Assembly (NCBI GenBank): GCA_963792585.1
Contig: CAWBWI010000003.1
Location: 128,001-192,000 of the forward strand
Origin: Candidatus Eiseniibacteriota bacterium
GTDB lineage: Bacteria; Eisenbacteria; RBG-16-71-46; CAIMUX01; VGJL01
Reading direction: 5' to 3'
DNA: 64,000 bases
Shown here: in pieces, positions 54,301 to 63,564 of the stretch
Layout of the letters: each line of letters begins with the position of its first letter
Numbering within the stretch: the first letter of the stretch is position 1
Translations under genes and position numbers: made by a program
Notes under the pieces: model-generated
Seen by the model: only the letters and a program-made list of their open reading frames with translations
Database searches by the model: none
What the model was told of the DNA's origin: nothing

Positions 54301-54856
54301 TACGCACCGTGGCGCTTTCGAGCACCCGGAGTCTTCCGGCGACCGGGTCATAGGCCACGGGATTCAGCACGAGTTGGCCCAATCGGTGCCCACGTAGAAA
54401 GCCGGCTTCCTCGACGGCCGTGACCGGAGCGTTCCCATAGCCGGTCCGCGTATAAGCGTCGGCATCATAGGCGAATGCCGGCTGAGTACCCGATTTGGGT
54501 CGCGAGGGCTGAAGGGGCAGGATCGGAGATTCGATCGACTGCTCTGTCCACACCTCGTTCTCGATCGAGACGGTCCAAGTAGCGCCGAGAGGCAACTCGA
54601 TCAGGTTCCGAAGCACCGGAAGCCGGGGCGCCCCGATCGTCGTCGTGAACCCCTGGTCGGCAATCTCGACTGACGTGAACATGCCTCGATCCGTCGTCAC
54701 CGGTTGCAGCGAGAGTCCCGGTAGTTCCGCCCGGACGACGATGCCGGTAGCATCCGAACGCAGCAACTCGAACGGTTGCGGCGCGGCAAGCAGTGGCGTG
54801 GCATGCAGGGCCAGGCCGATGAGAACAGCGAAGACCATTCTGGAAATGCGGATCAT
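51323..54856 (-). CDS. Gingipain-like C25 cysteine peptidase with propeptide, Ig-like domains and CTD
   Basis: GAPRLPV propeptide, LFVGD, VGRIS, YSGHG, SFSCLTG, YNLLGDP; PNPFNP CTD. Confidence 0.92.
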   Translation of the reverse strand: MIRISRMVFAVLIGLALHATPLLAAPQPFELLRSDATGIVVRAELPGLSLQPVTTDRGMFTSVEIADQGFTTTIGAPRLPVLRNLIELPLGATWTVSIENEVWTEQSIESPILPLQPSRPKSGTQPAFAYDADAYTRTGYGNAPVTAVEEAGFLRGHRLGQLVLNPVAYDPVAGRLRVLESATVRIDLAGADPAQTRALRTRYASAPFDDAVVRTALNGGEERYQPGGEIGILVITIPAFANDLPLMDFISTKWERGFRITVATTTDTGPTRDQIKAYIQNAYNTWTVPPTFVLFVGDSPDIPHWIGIGADNPPTDLNYAMLAGSDYLPDVQVGRISATNPTDLHNIIAKITNFEQVGWTGNDDWEKHATFMASSDNYTVSEGTHNYVISTYLQPLGYTSDKLYVHTYGATTQQVRDAFNAGRSQGTYSGHGAETYWADGPVFYQTDVRNLTNTVYPFVTSFSCLTGNFAYGSECFGETWIRATHGAMAFFGSSVTSYWTEDDIFEKRVYQGFYDNQNPNEVDRTWLGGMILYGKLKYYDYFGNISMTRRYFEMYNLLGDPSVDIWTAVPITANVQVPATILTGQASFDVTIPGFPNAMIFVHKTEDGIADVAWADALGHATVNLSQVATPGLMSMTITAHNMRPYSGTIQVIQPSGPYLVYESDRIRDEWWDDDGQADAGEDVAMYLTVRNIGVDTATGVSAVLGSEDAYVVAMTLNEPAIPDVPPGGARETSSSWGAVFSSLTPDQHVATFSYGVHSNEGLWGGEFSVTIQAPVLAAGPVLIDDSAPGGNGNGVADPGETFYLQLWLANSGHSGTRTLTGTLTSTHPSVTIPDGQGTCLGVPVGGTGLMSAFQVTLAPTCPSPATIPFHLAAHDPAEYAVGLDFDLSVGAFLDDAEQDRGWVCGAADDNAASGLWVRAEPVGTTYNGSQCQPEYDHTADPGLVCWVTGNGAVGGAAGEQDVDGGKTTLLSPVFSLQGAVSATVSYWRWYTNNLGNNPNEDFWDVDVTSDGTTWVHLEHTTGSANSWGQYSFNIGDFVPFTNQIRFRFVASDASANSLLEAAVDDFQLAVVKTPAAGAPEGASGLAVGLVSCRPNPFNPRTAVTYRADKRTHGTIAVHDVAGRMVRSIVDGVITPGEHTVDFDGLDAAGNPLPSGIYFVRMETPEVMQVRQVTLLK

Positions 54857-54988
54857 CTGTCCCTCCGTCGATGGGCGACCGCGGACGCATTCGTGAGGGC
54901 TCGCCGGCATCGGCGAGTGGCTCAGCCGAAGAAACCAGGTTAATTGTACAGGAGGGCTGGTGGAGACGGGGTGGAATTGACTGCGCGC

Positions 54989-55014
54989 GGAATTGAGAGC
55001 GCCATCTCAATTCC
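54989..55014. promoter_or_regulatory. Perfect 10-bp inverted repeat (terminator or operator)
   Basis: GGAATTGAGA-N6-TCTCAATTCC; additional GGAATTGA at 54973. Confidence 0.45.
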
Positions 55015-55070
55015 TGATTCGCAGCATGAGAGATTCTGCGGTTCTGTTCGATACCTGCGTCTACTTCTTC

Positions 55071-56442
55071 GGTTGTGGTGCGGAGATTGGTGGATGCAGT
55101 TGACGAAGCAACGGCCACCCCTTCGGCTCTTGCGGAAACGACCGTGACAGGAAGTTGAGCGGAGAGTGGTCCGGCTTCGCCCGTGCCGAACCACTCCAGT
55201 TCTTCTCAGAATGCATACTTGAGCTGGTGTCCCCTTTGACTTGGACCCAGCGCCACCGTTCGGACCCGCCTCCAGTAGTAGGACCACCAGGGCCCGGGTA
55301 GGACTTCTTTCCTGGGGAATGACCGATCCGCAAAGACCTCTGCCCACCTCAAAGGCCTCGATAGGATCCCAACGGCCATGGCAGCGGTCTCCCCCGGTGC
55401 CTTCTCTCTCCGGCTCTTGATGGCATTGCGCCACACCGTGAAAATCGCCAGCCGCTCGATCGCCGCCTGCCGCCGCTTGCTGAATGCGATGGTCTCCCGG
55501 CGGTGGTTGGCCTGACCATGTCGAAGGAGCAGGTCGGTCAGGTTGACGGGGAAGAGCGGATTGCGCGTGGTTCGACGCTCGGTCGACGGAGTGATCTGAT
55601 GCCGCACTTGTGGGAACTCCGGAAGTCTGCGGAGGCGAAGGAGCGCGCGGCGATAGGCGGGATGGTCATCGCTGTGGATGAGTTGCTCCCGGTCGCTCCT
55701 CGAGGATGGATCCTCCAGAACGGACCGGAGTAGGTCGAAGACGCCTTTCTCGACCGCCTTGGGATCGGGGCGGCCCAGTTGGGCTTCCAGATGCTCCCTG
55801 CGAAGCCGTTGCTCGGGTCTCATGGTCCCCTTGCGTCGCAAAGGGCTGTCGGTGAAGTGGAAGATGAACCAACTCCGGGCATCGACGGCGAGGTTGATGT
55901 GAAAGGGAAAGTACTGGGAGAACTCGAAGGACTCGAATCCGTCGATGACGATGGGCTCTGCGGTCCGGTACTCGACCAGCATCTGACGGTGGAAGAGCAT
56001 GCAGTGACGGCCGGCACGGGCGATGTGGCGCAGGACGGTCGTGTGGGAGACGCCGAGGAGACGCGCGATCTGACGGAGACCGGGTCCTTCGGCAGAAAGT
56101 CGGGCGATGTCGCAGAAGAGACTCCTGTGTTTGAGCCAGTAGTCAGCGGCGAAGGTTCGAGACGAGAATCGGCGGCCGCAATGGGGGCATCGGAAGCGTT
56201 GGAAGAGGCGCCCGTCGGAAGGCCGACGGAAGAAACCGTCGTAGGCCGGGCGCCAATCGGGACGGGGTGTGTAGAAATTGCAGGCGGAGTTGGGGCAATG
56301 GGGCGGGCGGCAGGTCCCATGGACCTGGTGGAGGGATGTACGTCGTCTGGACACGAGGCGAAGGAGAGGCCAAGGGCGTGCCACACCACGGAGCACCGCC
56401 CTGCCCGCAGTGCGTCCAAACACCAATCTAAGAACCACAACC
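55071..56442 (-). mobile_element. Complete IS1-family-like insertion sequence (1372 bp)
   Basis: IRs GGTTGTGGTGCGGAGATTGGTG / GGTTGTGGTTCTTAGATTGGTG (19/22); TSD TACTTCTTC at 55062-55070 and 56443-56451. Confidence 0.92.
55206..56354 (-). CDS. IS1-like transposase (Zn ribbon + HTH + RNase H-like core); start uncertain
   Basis: CPNSAC...QRFRCPHCGRRF, LRQIARLLGVSHTTV, IVIDGFE, HSDDHPAY, AFSKR. Confidence 0.85.
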   Translation of the reverse strand: MSRRRTSLHQVHGTCRPPHCPNSACNFYTPRPDWRPAYDGFFRRPSDGRLFQRFRCPHCGRRFSSRTFAADYWLKHRSLFCDIARLSAEGPGLRQIARLLGVSHTTVLRHIARAGRHCMLFHRQMLVEYRTAEPIVIDGFESFEFSQYFPFHINLAVDARSWFIFHFTDSPLRRKGTMRPEQRLRREHLEAQLGRPDPKAVEKGVFDLLRSVLEDPSSRSDREQLIHSDDHPAYRRALLRLRRLPEFPQVRHQITPSTERRTTRNPLFPVNLTDLLLRHGQANHRRETIAFSKRRQAAIERLAIFTVWRNAIKSRREKAPGETAAMAVGILSRPLRWAEVFADRSFPRKEVLPGPWWSYYWRRVRTVALGPSQRGHQLKYAF

Positions 56443-57840
56443 TACTTCTTCAGCGCAACAAGCTCCTCGTAGAGATGGATCGTCGACCGGACAGCCTTCC
56501 GCCAGTCTCTGAGGCTGAGACTCTCGTTCTCGCCATGTGCCTGAGAGATCGGATCTTCCACCCCGATCAGAAGACACGGTAGACCGTGGAAGAGATCTTC
56601 GAAGGTCTTGACGAACGGTATCGAACCGCCAGTTCCAATCAGCGCGGGCGCGCGCTCATAGCCGGCCTGCAGCGCGCGAAGGGCCGCCTCGTATGCCGGC
56701 CCGGTCGGGTCGGTCGACCACCAGATTCCCGTTCCGAGAGGCCGCGTGCGGACTTGCACGCCCCAGGGAGGATCCCGATGCAGGGCGGCGATCAGCGCGT
56801 CGCGCACCGCGATCGGATCCTGATCGGGGACGATGCGGATCGTCACGCGAGCGCGCGCCGCGTCGATGATCTGGTTGGACAAGCCCGCGATCGGGCTTGC
56901 CTCCATCGCGATCACCGTCAGGCTGGGTCGCGTCCACAGCCGCTCCCATACCGAGAACTCCGGCTCGCCCGCGAACCGCACCCCGGGCAACATCCCAGCC
57001 TGTTCCGCAAACTCGGCCGCGTCGAAGGGAAGTTCCTGAAATTCGCTTCTTTACCGATGGCGCGGGTTCACGGATCCCCGCGCGGACGTCGGGATCCGCC
57101 GGCACGCCGTTTTCGTCGACGAGCCTCGTGAGAATCTTACACAAGGCCATCACGGGATCAGGTACCGGCCCTCCCCATTGTCCGCTGTGGACCCGTCCTT
57201 TCAGCGCAGCCACTTCCACATCCACCGCGACGAGGCCGCGTAGCTGGAACGTGAGAGACGGAAGACCCTCTTCGTGGTTTCCCGTATCGGTGATGACGAG
57301 CACGTCGGTGGCCAACATGTCGAGGTTTTCGCGGAGGAACTCTCCGAGATGGTCGGAGCCGATCTCCTCCTCCCCCTCGATCAGCACCTTCACATTGAGC
57401 GGAAGCGATCCCGTCGTCTTCAGATACGACTCGATCGAGGAAACGATCATCATCGCACCGGCTTTGTCGTCCGCGATGCCACGCGCATACAGCCGGCCGT
57501 TGGATCGAAGGGTTGGTTCGAAGGGCGGGCTCTCCCAGACCTCCGCGCGGCCGGGAGGCTGAACGTCGTGGTGCGCATATAGGAGGACGGTCGGCGCTCC
57601 CGGAGCGTGAAGCCAATCCCCGTAGACATATGGATGGCTCCCGCGATGGACGATCGTGCGGACGTTTTCCAGCCCCGCACGCTCCAACTCCGTCGCGACA
57701 GCATCCGCGCAGCGGGCGACTTCCTCGCGGGGGAACCCCTCCTGACTCACGCTCGGGATCTTCGCGATCGCTTTGAGACGTTCGACGTAGCTGTCGAACC
57801 TGTCTTCGAAGTAGGCGAGCGCCTTCTGTTTGCGGTCCAT
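56442..57840 (-). CDS. M20 family dipeptidase/deacylase (frameshift near 57040)
   Basis: YAHHDVQP, RGIADDKAG, EGEEEIGS, HSGQWGG, GGSIPF, AHGENE. Confidence 0.9.
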
Positions 57841-57970
57841 ATCCCCTCCCGTCGTTGGCCGACCGATCGGGAGTGTACGCGATTCGGGGAAGGCGTCCTA
57901 TGGGCAGTTCCCCCATCGTGGGGTCATCCGGGATCGCGGGCAACGACGGGGCGTGAACGGCGAGGTTCGG

Positions 57971-58627
57971 CTACGCGAGGATCTCGTCGTGGAGCGAAGA
58001 GATGATGAGCAGGAGACAACCGTCCTCGGTCGATTGCACGTCGTGGACGCTGTCGCGTTCCACGCGCTGGTAGTCTCCCGCCCGCATCACGAGATCGTCG
58101 CCCACCCGAAGCACTCCTTGGAGGACGAAGCACTCCTCCGCGTCGGCGTGCCGGTGCCGGGGATAGCTGGAGCCGGCCTCCATGCGGATCAGCATCGTGA
58201 CCGTCTGCCGTGCGGTGTCCACGAACAGCCGGCGAACGGCAACACCATCCGTTGCCGTCCGTTCCCAATCTTCTTCGCCTCCGCGCATGACGACGTTGCC
58301 CGCGTCGGTTCCGCCCCCGCCCCACCTCTTCCAGACCTGCAATTCCTCGACCGGGGCCGCGGAACGCGCTTCGGCCCTCGATCCGATCGATTCCAGCACC
58401 CGCACCCGCAATGAGGGAGGAGGCGAAGCGGGGGCCGCCAAGACGCCGAGCTGCGCGGCCGACGCGAGGAACGCATCGACCTCGGACCTGCAGACCGCGC
58501 ATCCACCCCGGAGGTGCTCTTCGTAGGCGCGCGCCTCGTCTTCCGGCATCGCCCCGAGCGCATGGAGACAAGCCATCTCACGAATGGCGTCCGTCGGCTG
58601 TTGGTGCATCATTGTTGGGTCTTCCAC
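57971..58627 (-). CDS. Anti-sigma factor, zinc-binding N-terminus plus ChrR-like cupin
   Basis: HLRGGCAVC; YPRHRHADAEECFVLQG...H. Confidence 0.88.
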   Translation of the reverse strand: MEDPTMMHQQPTDAIREMACLHALGAMPEDEARAYEEHLRGGCAVCRSEVDAFLASAAQLGVLAAPASPPPSLRVRVLESIGSRAEARSAAPVEELQVWKRWGGGGTDAGNVVMRGGEEDWERTATDGVAVRRLFVDTARQTVTMLIRMEAGSSYPRHRHADAEECFVLQGVLRVGDDLVMRAGDYQRVERDSVHDVQSTEDGCLLLIISSLHDEILA

Positions 58628-58648
58628 TTCTTCGCCCTCGATCTCCGC

Positions 58649-59320
58649 TTACGCGTTACCTTGGAGCATCCCGCCCGGAGTCGTGCCTTCCGGTCCGCGC
58701 GGCGTCTTGCCGTTCCAACCGGCCAGCGTCGCTCGAAGGGTGATCATACCCTGTCGGATCCTGGTCTTCACCGTACCCAACGGTAGGTCCAGCCTCTCGG
58801 CGATCTCGGAATGGCTCAACCCCTGGAAGTAGGCGATCGAGATCACCTCTTGTTGTTCCGGAGAGAGCTTCATGAGCGCGGCCCGAACCACCCTCCGTCG
58901 ATCCGATAGCGCCAGGTCCTCATCCGGCCCGCCGGCTTCCGAGGCCAACGATCTCGCCGCCTCGAGCGGTGCGTGCAGTTTCCGGCGCGCCATCCCTGCC
59001 GATCGGAGCCGATCGATGGCCCGGCTCCGCGTGAGGGTGAACAACCACGAGAAGACATCTCCCCGCGCTTCCTGGTACCGATCCGCCTGCCGCCAGACCT
59101 GTAGGTACACATCGTGGGACACTTCCTCGGCCGCACCCGGATCCTTGATGATTCGAAGGGCTAGGCCGTACACGAACCGGCTGGACTCGTCGTACAACTC
59201 GGCAAGCGCCCCTTGCTCACCTGACGCAATGCGCCTGATCAGATCTCCCGACGCATGCTTGGACGCGTGAGGGTTGGGTTGTGTCGTACTCACCAGACTC
59301 CGTCCCTGCATACATCCCAT
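58649..59320 (-). CDS. ECF sigma factor (SigK-like)
   Basis: ALAELYD, DVYLQVW, SRAIDRLR, YFQGLSHSEIA, LGTVKTRIR. Confidence 0.93.
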   Translation of the reverse strand: MGCMQGRSLVSTTQPNPHASKHASGDLIRRIASGEQGALAELYDESSRFVYGLALRIIKDPGAAEEVSHDVYLQVWRQADRYQEARGDVFSWLFTLTRSRAIDRLRSAGMARRKLHAPLEAARSLASEAGGPDEDLALSDRRRVVRAALMKLSPEQQEVISIAYFQGLSHSEIAERLDLPLGTVKTRIRQGMITLRATLAGWNGKTPRGPEGTTPGGMLQGNA

Positions 59321-59565
59321 ACGAGATGGAAGCCGGCTGCGGATTCGCTTCAGATTCCGATTTCCGCCCGTCGAACAAGGCGCCGGTCGGCAGGACAGGA
59401 GATTCTACATCAATCGACGCATCACGACCACTGAATTACCGTACGCGATTCCAAGGTGGGTCAATCCGATTCCGGCACTTCCCTCGTAGACGGGGTGAAT
59501 CCGGAGCCGGCCGCCAATCGAGAATCGAAGCTCATGCATGCAAGCAAGTCAGGAAGGAACCCACA

Positions 59566-61329
59566 ATGCGAAACAAGGCAGTGATCATGGGTCTGGCCGT
59601 CGCACTCATGACGGGAATCGGCCTCGCCGACGACGCGCGAGCGTCGAGCCACCGGGAAGCCCCGGGGATCGCGACCCGACCCAATGCGGACAATACGGAC
59701 GTCTATTTCTTCGTAAGCCCGACGAATCCTGATGCCGTGACGATGGTCGGTTGCTTCTGGCCGATGGAGGAACCGGCGGGCGCACCGAACTTCTTCCACT
59801 TCGGGGAGAACATCGACTACGTCTTCCACGTCGACAACGATGGGGACAACCTCGATGACGTCGCCTTCATCTTTCGCTTCCAGAGGCAGTTCACGAACCC
59901 GAACACCGCACTCTACGCGACCGGAGAGATCTCCTCGCTGAACGATCCCGACTGGAACTACAAGCAGACCTACAAGGTGATCCGGGTCGACGACGGCCAG
60001 TACCCGGGCCAGGTGCTCGCCGACGGTCTCATCGTGCCCCCGGTCAACATCGGCCCGCGGACGACGCCGAACTACGAGGATCTCGCCGAGCAGGCCGTCT
60101 ATGCCCTGAACGACGGGACCAAGGTGTTCGCGGGACAGAGAGACGATCCGTTCTTCGTGGACCTCGGGGCGATCTTCGACCTGCTCGCCTTCCGTCAGAT
60201 CCCCGGGAACACGGGCCAAGGCGTTGACGGCGTGGGCGGCTACAACTGCCAGGCGATCGAGCTCGAAGTGCCGATCGCGCTCCTGACGCGGGACGGGTCG
60301 AATCCCGAGAGCCCGGCCGATCCCGCCGCCGTTCTGGGCGTATGGTCCTCGACCTACCTCCGTCAGAACGATTCACCAAGCGTCAATTCGCTCACCCAGG
60401 TGTCGAGGCTCGGAATGCCGCTCGTAAACGAGGTCGTCATTCCGATCGCGCGCAAGGACGTCTGGAACGCCTCCCGGCCTCAGGACGACGGTCAGTTCCT
60501 GAGCTACGTCACGGACCCGGAGCTCGCGCGCCTGATCCAGGCGGTGTATGGAATTCCCGCGCCTCCGACGCCCCGCTGTGATCTCGTGGCGATCTTTCTC
60601 ACGGGCGTGCCGGGATTGAATCAGCCGCCCAATGTGGTCCCCGGCGAGCAGCTCCGGCTCAATGTCGCGATCAAGCCCGACGGCATGCCCGATTCGCGCT
60701 TCGGTCTTCTCGGCGGTGACGTCGACGGCTTCCCCAACGGCCGCCGTCTCGCCGACGACGTGGTCGACATTGCGGAGCGGGTGGTGGAAGGCGTCGCGTA
60801 TCCCTTGCTCTGCGACGCGAACTACGAACCGCACCCGCTGGCGGGACAGCTTGGCGATGGGATCGATCAGAACGACATGCCCTTTCTCGATCACTTCCCG
60901 TATCTCGCCACGCCCCATGAGGGATGGCAGCACGAGCACCACCGGGTCGAGCCGCCCCACGACCCGCAGCGCACCCAGGGGAAACTGTCGCTGAGCCCGA
61001 ACGGCCAGGCGATTCAGGTCGGCGGGCCTTCGGAGACCGAGGGACTCGCAGCGCGCTTCCAGCTCGGCGCTTCCTGGCCGAATCCGGCCAAGGGTCCCAC
61101 GCAAATCGGCTTTCAACTCGACAGGGAATCCCCGGTGACGCTGAAGGTCGTCGATATTTCCGGACGGGTCGTACGGACGGTTGCGTCCGGATCGATGCCA
61201 GCGGGTCCCCACTCCGCCGAGTGGGACGGAACTGACGAGAACGGCAATGCCGTCCCGGCGGGCATCTATCTCTACCGGTTGGAGGCTCCCGGCCAGCGGG
61301 CTGACAGGAAGATCACCGTCCTTCACTAG
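59566..61329 (+). CDS. Secreted DUF4331 protein with CTD
   Basis: ASSHREAP, FAGQRDDPFFVDL, QVSRLGMPLVNEV, GFPNGRRLADDVVD, FPYLA; WPNP CTD. Confidence 0.9.
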   Translation: MRNKAVIMGLAVALMTGIGLADDARASSHREAPGIATRPNADNTDVYFFVSPTNPDAVTMVGCFWPMEEPAGAPNFFHFGENIDYVFHVDNDGDNLDDVAFIFRFQRQFTNPNTALYATGEISSLNDPDWNYKQTYKVIRVDDGQYPGQVLADGLIVPPVNIGPRTTPNYEDLAEQAVYALNDGTKVFAGQRDDPFFVDLGAIFDLLAFRQIPGNTGQGVDGVGGYNCQAIELEVPIALLTRDGSNPESPADPAAVLGVWSSTYLRQNDSPSVNSLTQVSRLGMPLVNEVVIPIARKDVWNASRPQDDGQFLSYVTDPELARLIQAVYGIPAPPTPRCDLVAIFLTGVPGLNQPPNVVPGEQLRLNVAIKPDGMPDSRFGLLGGDVDGFPNGRRLADDVVDIAERVVEGVAYPLLCDANYEPHPLAGQLGDGIDQNDMPFLDHFPYLATPHEGWQHEHHRVEPPHDPQRTQGKLSLSPNGQAIQVGGPSETEGLAARFQLGASWPNPAKGPTQIGFQLDRESPVTLKVVDISGRVVRTVASGSMPAGPHSAEWDGTDENGNAVPAGIYLYRLEAPGQRADRKITVLH

Positions 61330-61365
61330 GGGATCTTCCGCAGCGACGTTCGATCCACCTCGAAT

Positions 61366-61401
61366 GAACGGCCGGGTCGCCAACCGACGACCTGGCCGTT
61401 C
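61366..61401 (+). terminator. Intra-operon stem-loop
   Basis: GAACGGCCGGGTCG ... CGACCTGGCCGTTC; no U tract. Confidence 0.5.
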
Positions 61402-61416
61402 CGGAGCCACGACGCG

Positions 61417-62319
61417 ATGAATCGTTGCCAGTTTCACAGCCGTGCTACGGGCCTCTTGACCCTGGCCGTGTGCGTTCTTTCGGGGATTGGCATCGTCGTT
61501 CCGAAGAGGGCCCTCTCCCACGAATTCTGGCTTTCGCCGTCTGTGTATCGCGCCTCCGCCGGTCTTTCGGTGGAGATCCAAGCCTGCGTGGGAACCGGAT
61601 TCCGGGGCGAGACGCTGCCCTACTCACCCGCGAGGACGGTCCGATTCGAGGTCTTCTCCCCCGAGAAGCGCGACCTTCTGGTCTCCGCGGTCAACGGCGA
61701 TCCGTCCTATGCGCGTGTCGTACTGCCCGACTCGGTGGGGGCCATCGTCACCTACTTGTCGAATTTCACACAGATCGAACTCCCGGCGGATGAATTCGAT
61801 CACTACCTTGCCCTCGAGGGACTCGATGACCCTCTGGCCGCGCGGAAGATGTCTGCGGCTCCATCCCCCGGCCGCGAACGCTACCGCAGATGTGCGAAAT
61901 GCTGGATCTCCGGCGGCGATGCGTCCATCGCGACTCGAGCGTACGGTTTGCCCTTCGAGATCGTTCCCCTGAGTGATCCGTCCGTGCCGGCGGCCGGCCT
62001 TACCGTTCGTGTCCTCCGGGAGGGGCGTCCAAGCGCGGGAACGCTGGTGCGGGGGTGGCGCCAGCCTCTCGATCGGGAATTTTCTCTCCTCGATCCGAGT
62101 CTGCGGGACTCGATCGGCCCCGCGACCGAATCGCGAAGCGATCGTGATGGAATCGCGCATCTGCGAGTCGACCGGGCGGGCGAGTGGCTGTTGAGTGCGG
62201 TCCACATGACTTCCGCTCGCCGATCCCGATCCCTCGCCGGCGACGAGAACCCGCCGGACGCGGACTGGGAGAGCTCATGGGCCTCCCTCACCTTTCTTCG
62301 AAGGCAGGAGGATCCGTGA
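61417..62319 (+). CDS. DUF4198 domain protein
   Basis: Signal then HEFWLSP; ERYRRCAK, EIVPL, ADWESSWASLTF. Confidence 0.85.
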   Translation: MNRCQFHSRATGLLTLAVCVLSGIGIVVPKRALSHEFWLSPSVYRASAGLSVEIQACVGTGFRGETLPYSPARTVRFEVFSPEKRDLLVSAVNGDPSYARVVLPDSVGAIVTYLSNFTQIELPADEFDHYLALEGLDDPLAARKMSAAPSPGRERYRRCAKCWISGGDASIATRAYGLPFEIVPLSDPSVPAAGLTVRVLREGRPSAGTLVRGWRQPLDREFSLLDPSLRDSIGPATESRSDRDGIAHLRVDRAGEWLLSAVHMTSARRSRSLAGDENPPDADWESSWASLTFLRRQEDP

Positions 62320-63398
62320 GACTCGACTCTGTCGTCCTGGTGATCGGTCTCGCGGCCGCAGCGCTCGGCATGGACCCGCGGGCGGCTCATGCCCACACGC
62401 AACCGTACAGCTACGTAGATCTGCGACTTGGAACGGATGCGCTCTCGGGTTCGGTCACGGCGCATGTGGTGGACATCGCTCACGAGACCGGCACATCGAA
62501 TCCTGAGGATCTTCTCGACGCTGAGACCCTCGCATCAGCTCGGAGGACGATCGAAACGGCCCTCGCCCGGGGGCTCACCGTCTCCGCCGACGGGAAGGGG
62601 TTGTCTATTGAGTGGGATGGGATCCCCGAAATCCACCGCGCCAAGCAGACCGTCACGTTTCGCTGGTCAACGCATTGGCAGCACAAACCCGGCCGCCTCG
62701 AGGTGCGCTGTCGGCTTTTTCCGTACGATCCGCAGCACGAAACCTATTTGAATATCTACGAGGCCGGTGCTCTGAAACATCAGGAGCTATTCCGGGGAGC
62801 CCATCTTGGGTCGACCTACTTCCCCGGAGGTGCTCGAGGACATTGGGCGATCCTTCGAGCGTTCGTGGGCTCCGGAGTCCATCACATCTTTCTCGGTCCG
62901 GATCACATCCTCTTCCTTCTGGGACTCCTCCTCTTGGGGGGCAGCTTCCGGCGCCTCCTGAAAATCGTGACCTGCTTCACCATCGCACACAGTGTGACGC
63001 TCGCCCTGGCGACCCTGCGCATTTTGAATCCACCATCCAGCATCGTCGAGCCGGCGATTGCCGCCAGTATCATCGCAATCGGTGCGGAAAATCTCACGGC
63101 CTCGCGGATCGGACGGGATCGACGCGCGTGGCTCGCGTTCCTGTTCGGTTTCGTCCACGGTTTCGGATTCGCAAGCGTCCTTCGGGAATTCGGTCTCCCC
63201 AGGAATGCGCTGGCCGAGTCTCTGCTCGCGTTCAATGTCGGCGTCGAGATCGGTCAGGCCACGATCCTCATGAGCCTGGCCGTGCCGCTGGCCCTGCTTC
63301 GAACGCGGAGCCCGAAATTCGGCAGGATTGCGCTGACGTTCGGATCGGTCGCGGTGATCCTGGCGGGGGGCTACTGGTTGATCGAACGCACTCTCTGA
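62316..63398 (+). CDS. HupE/UreJ family membrane protein
   Basis: GVHHIFLGPDHILF, FTIAHSVTL, FGFVHGFGFA, FNVGVEIGQ; GTGA overlap. Confidence 0.9.
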   Translation: MRLDSVVLVIGLAAAALGMDPRAAHAHTQPYSYVDLRLGTDALSGSVTAHVVDIAHETGTSNPEDLLDAETLASARRTIETALARGLTVSADGKGLSIEWDGIPEIHRAKQTVTFRWSTHWQHKPGRLEVRCRLFPYDPQHETYLNIYEAGALKHQELFRGAHLGSTYFPGGARGHWAILRAFVGSGVHHIFLGPDHILFLLGLLLLGGSFRRLLKIVTCFTIAHSVTLALATLRILNPPSSIVEPAIAASIIAIGAENLTASRIGRDRRAWLAFLFGFVHGFGFASVLREFGLPRNALAESLLAFNVGVEIGQATILMSLAVPLALLRTRSPKFGRIALTFGSVAVILAGGYWLIERTL

Positions 63399-63564
63399 CG
63401 GACGCACCTTTCTCGACGAAGAATATGGAATAGACATCGATATACAGATTGCCCGGGCTTCTCTTAGGATTCTCCGTTCTTCGATCGCACCGATCATCCG
63501 AGTCGTTCCGCGATCGGTCGGACCATAGACATCCGAATAACAGGAAATGGGAGTACCTAGAACC

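Noticed and set aside
51440..54397. Long antisense ORFs (e.g. 985 aa here; also 31853-33664 and 25682-27238)
   Set aside because: Shadow frames of well-supported genes in high-GC DNA
10495..57045. Single frameshifts in the MTase (~10501), ftcd (~30210), hypothetical (~34606), permease (~36418), korB (~47589) and M20 (~57040) as programmed frameshifting or phase variation
   Set aside because: Each is a 1-nt change in a short homopolymer of an otherwise intact gene, with no shared slippery motif; sequencing error is more parsimonious
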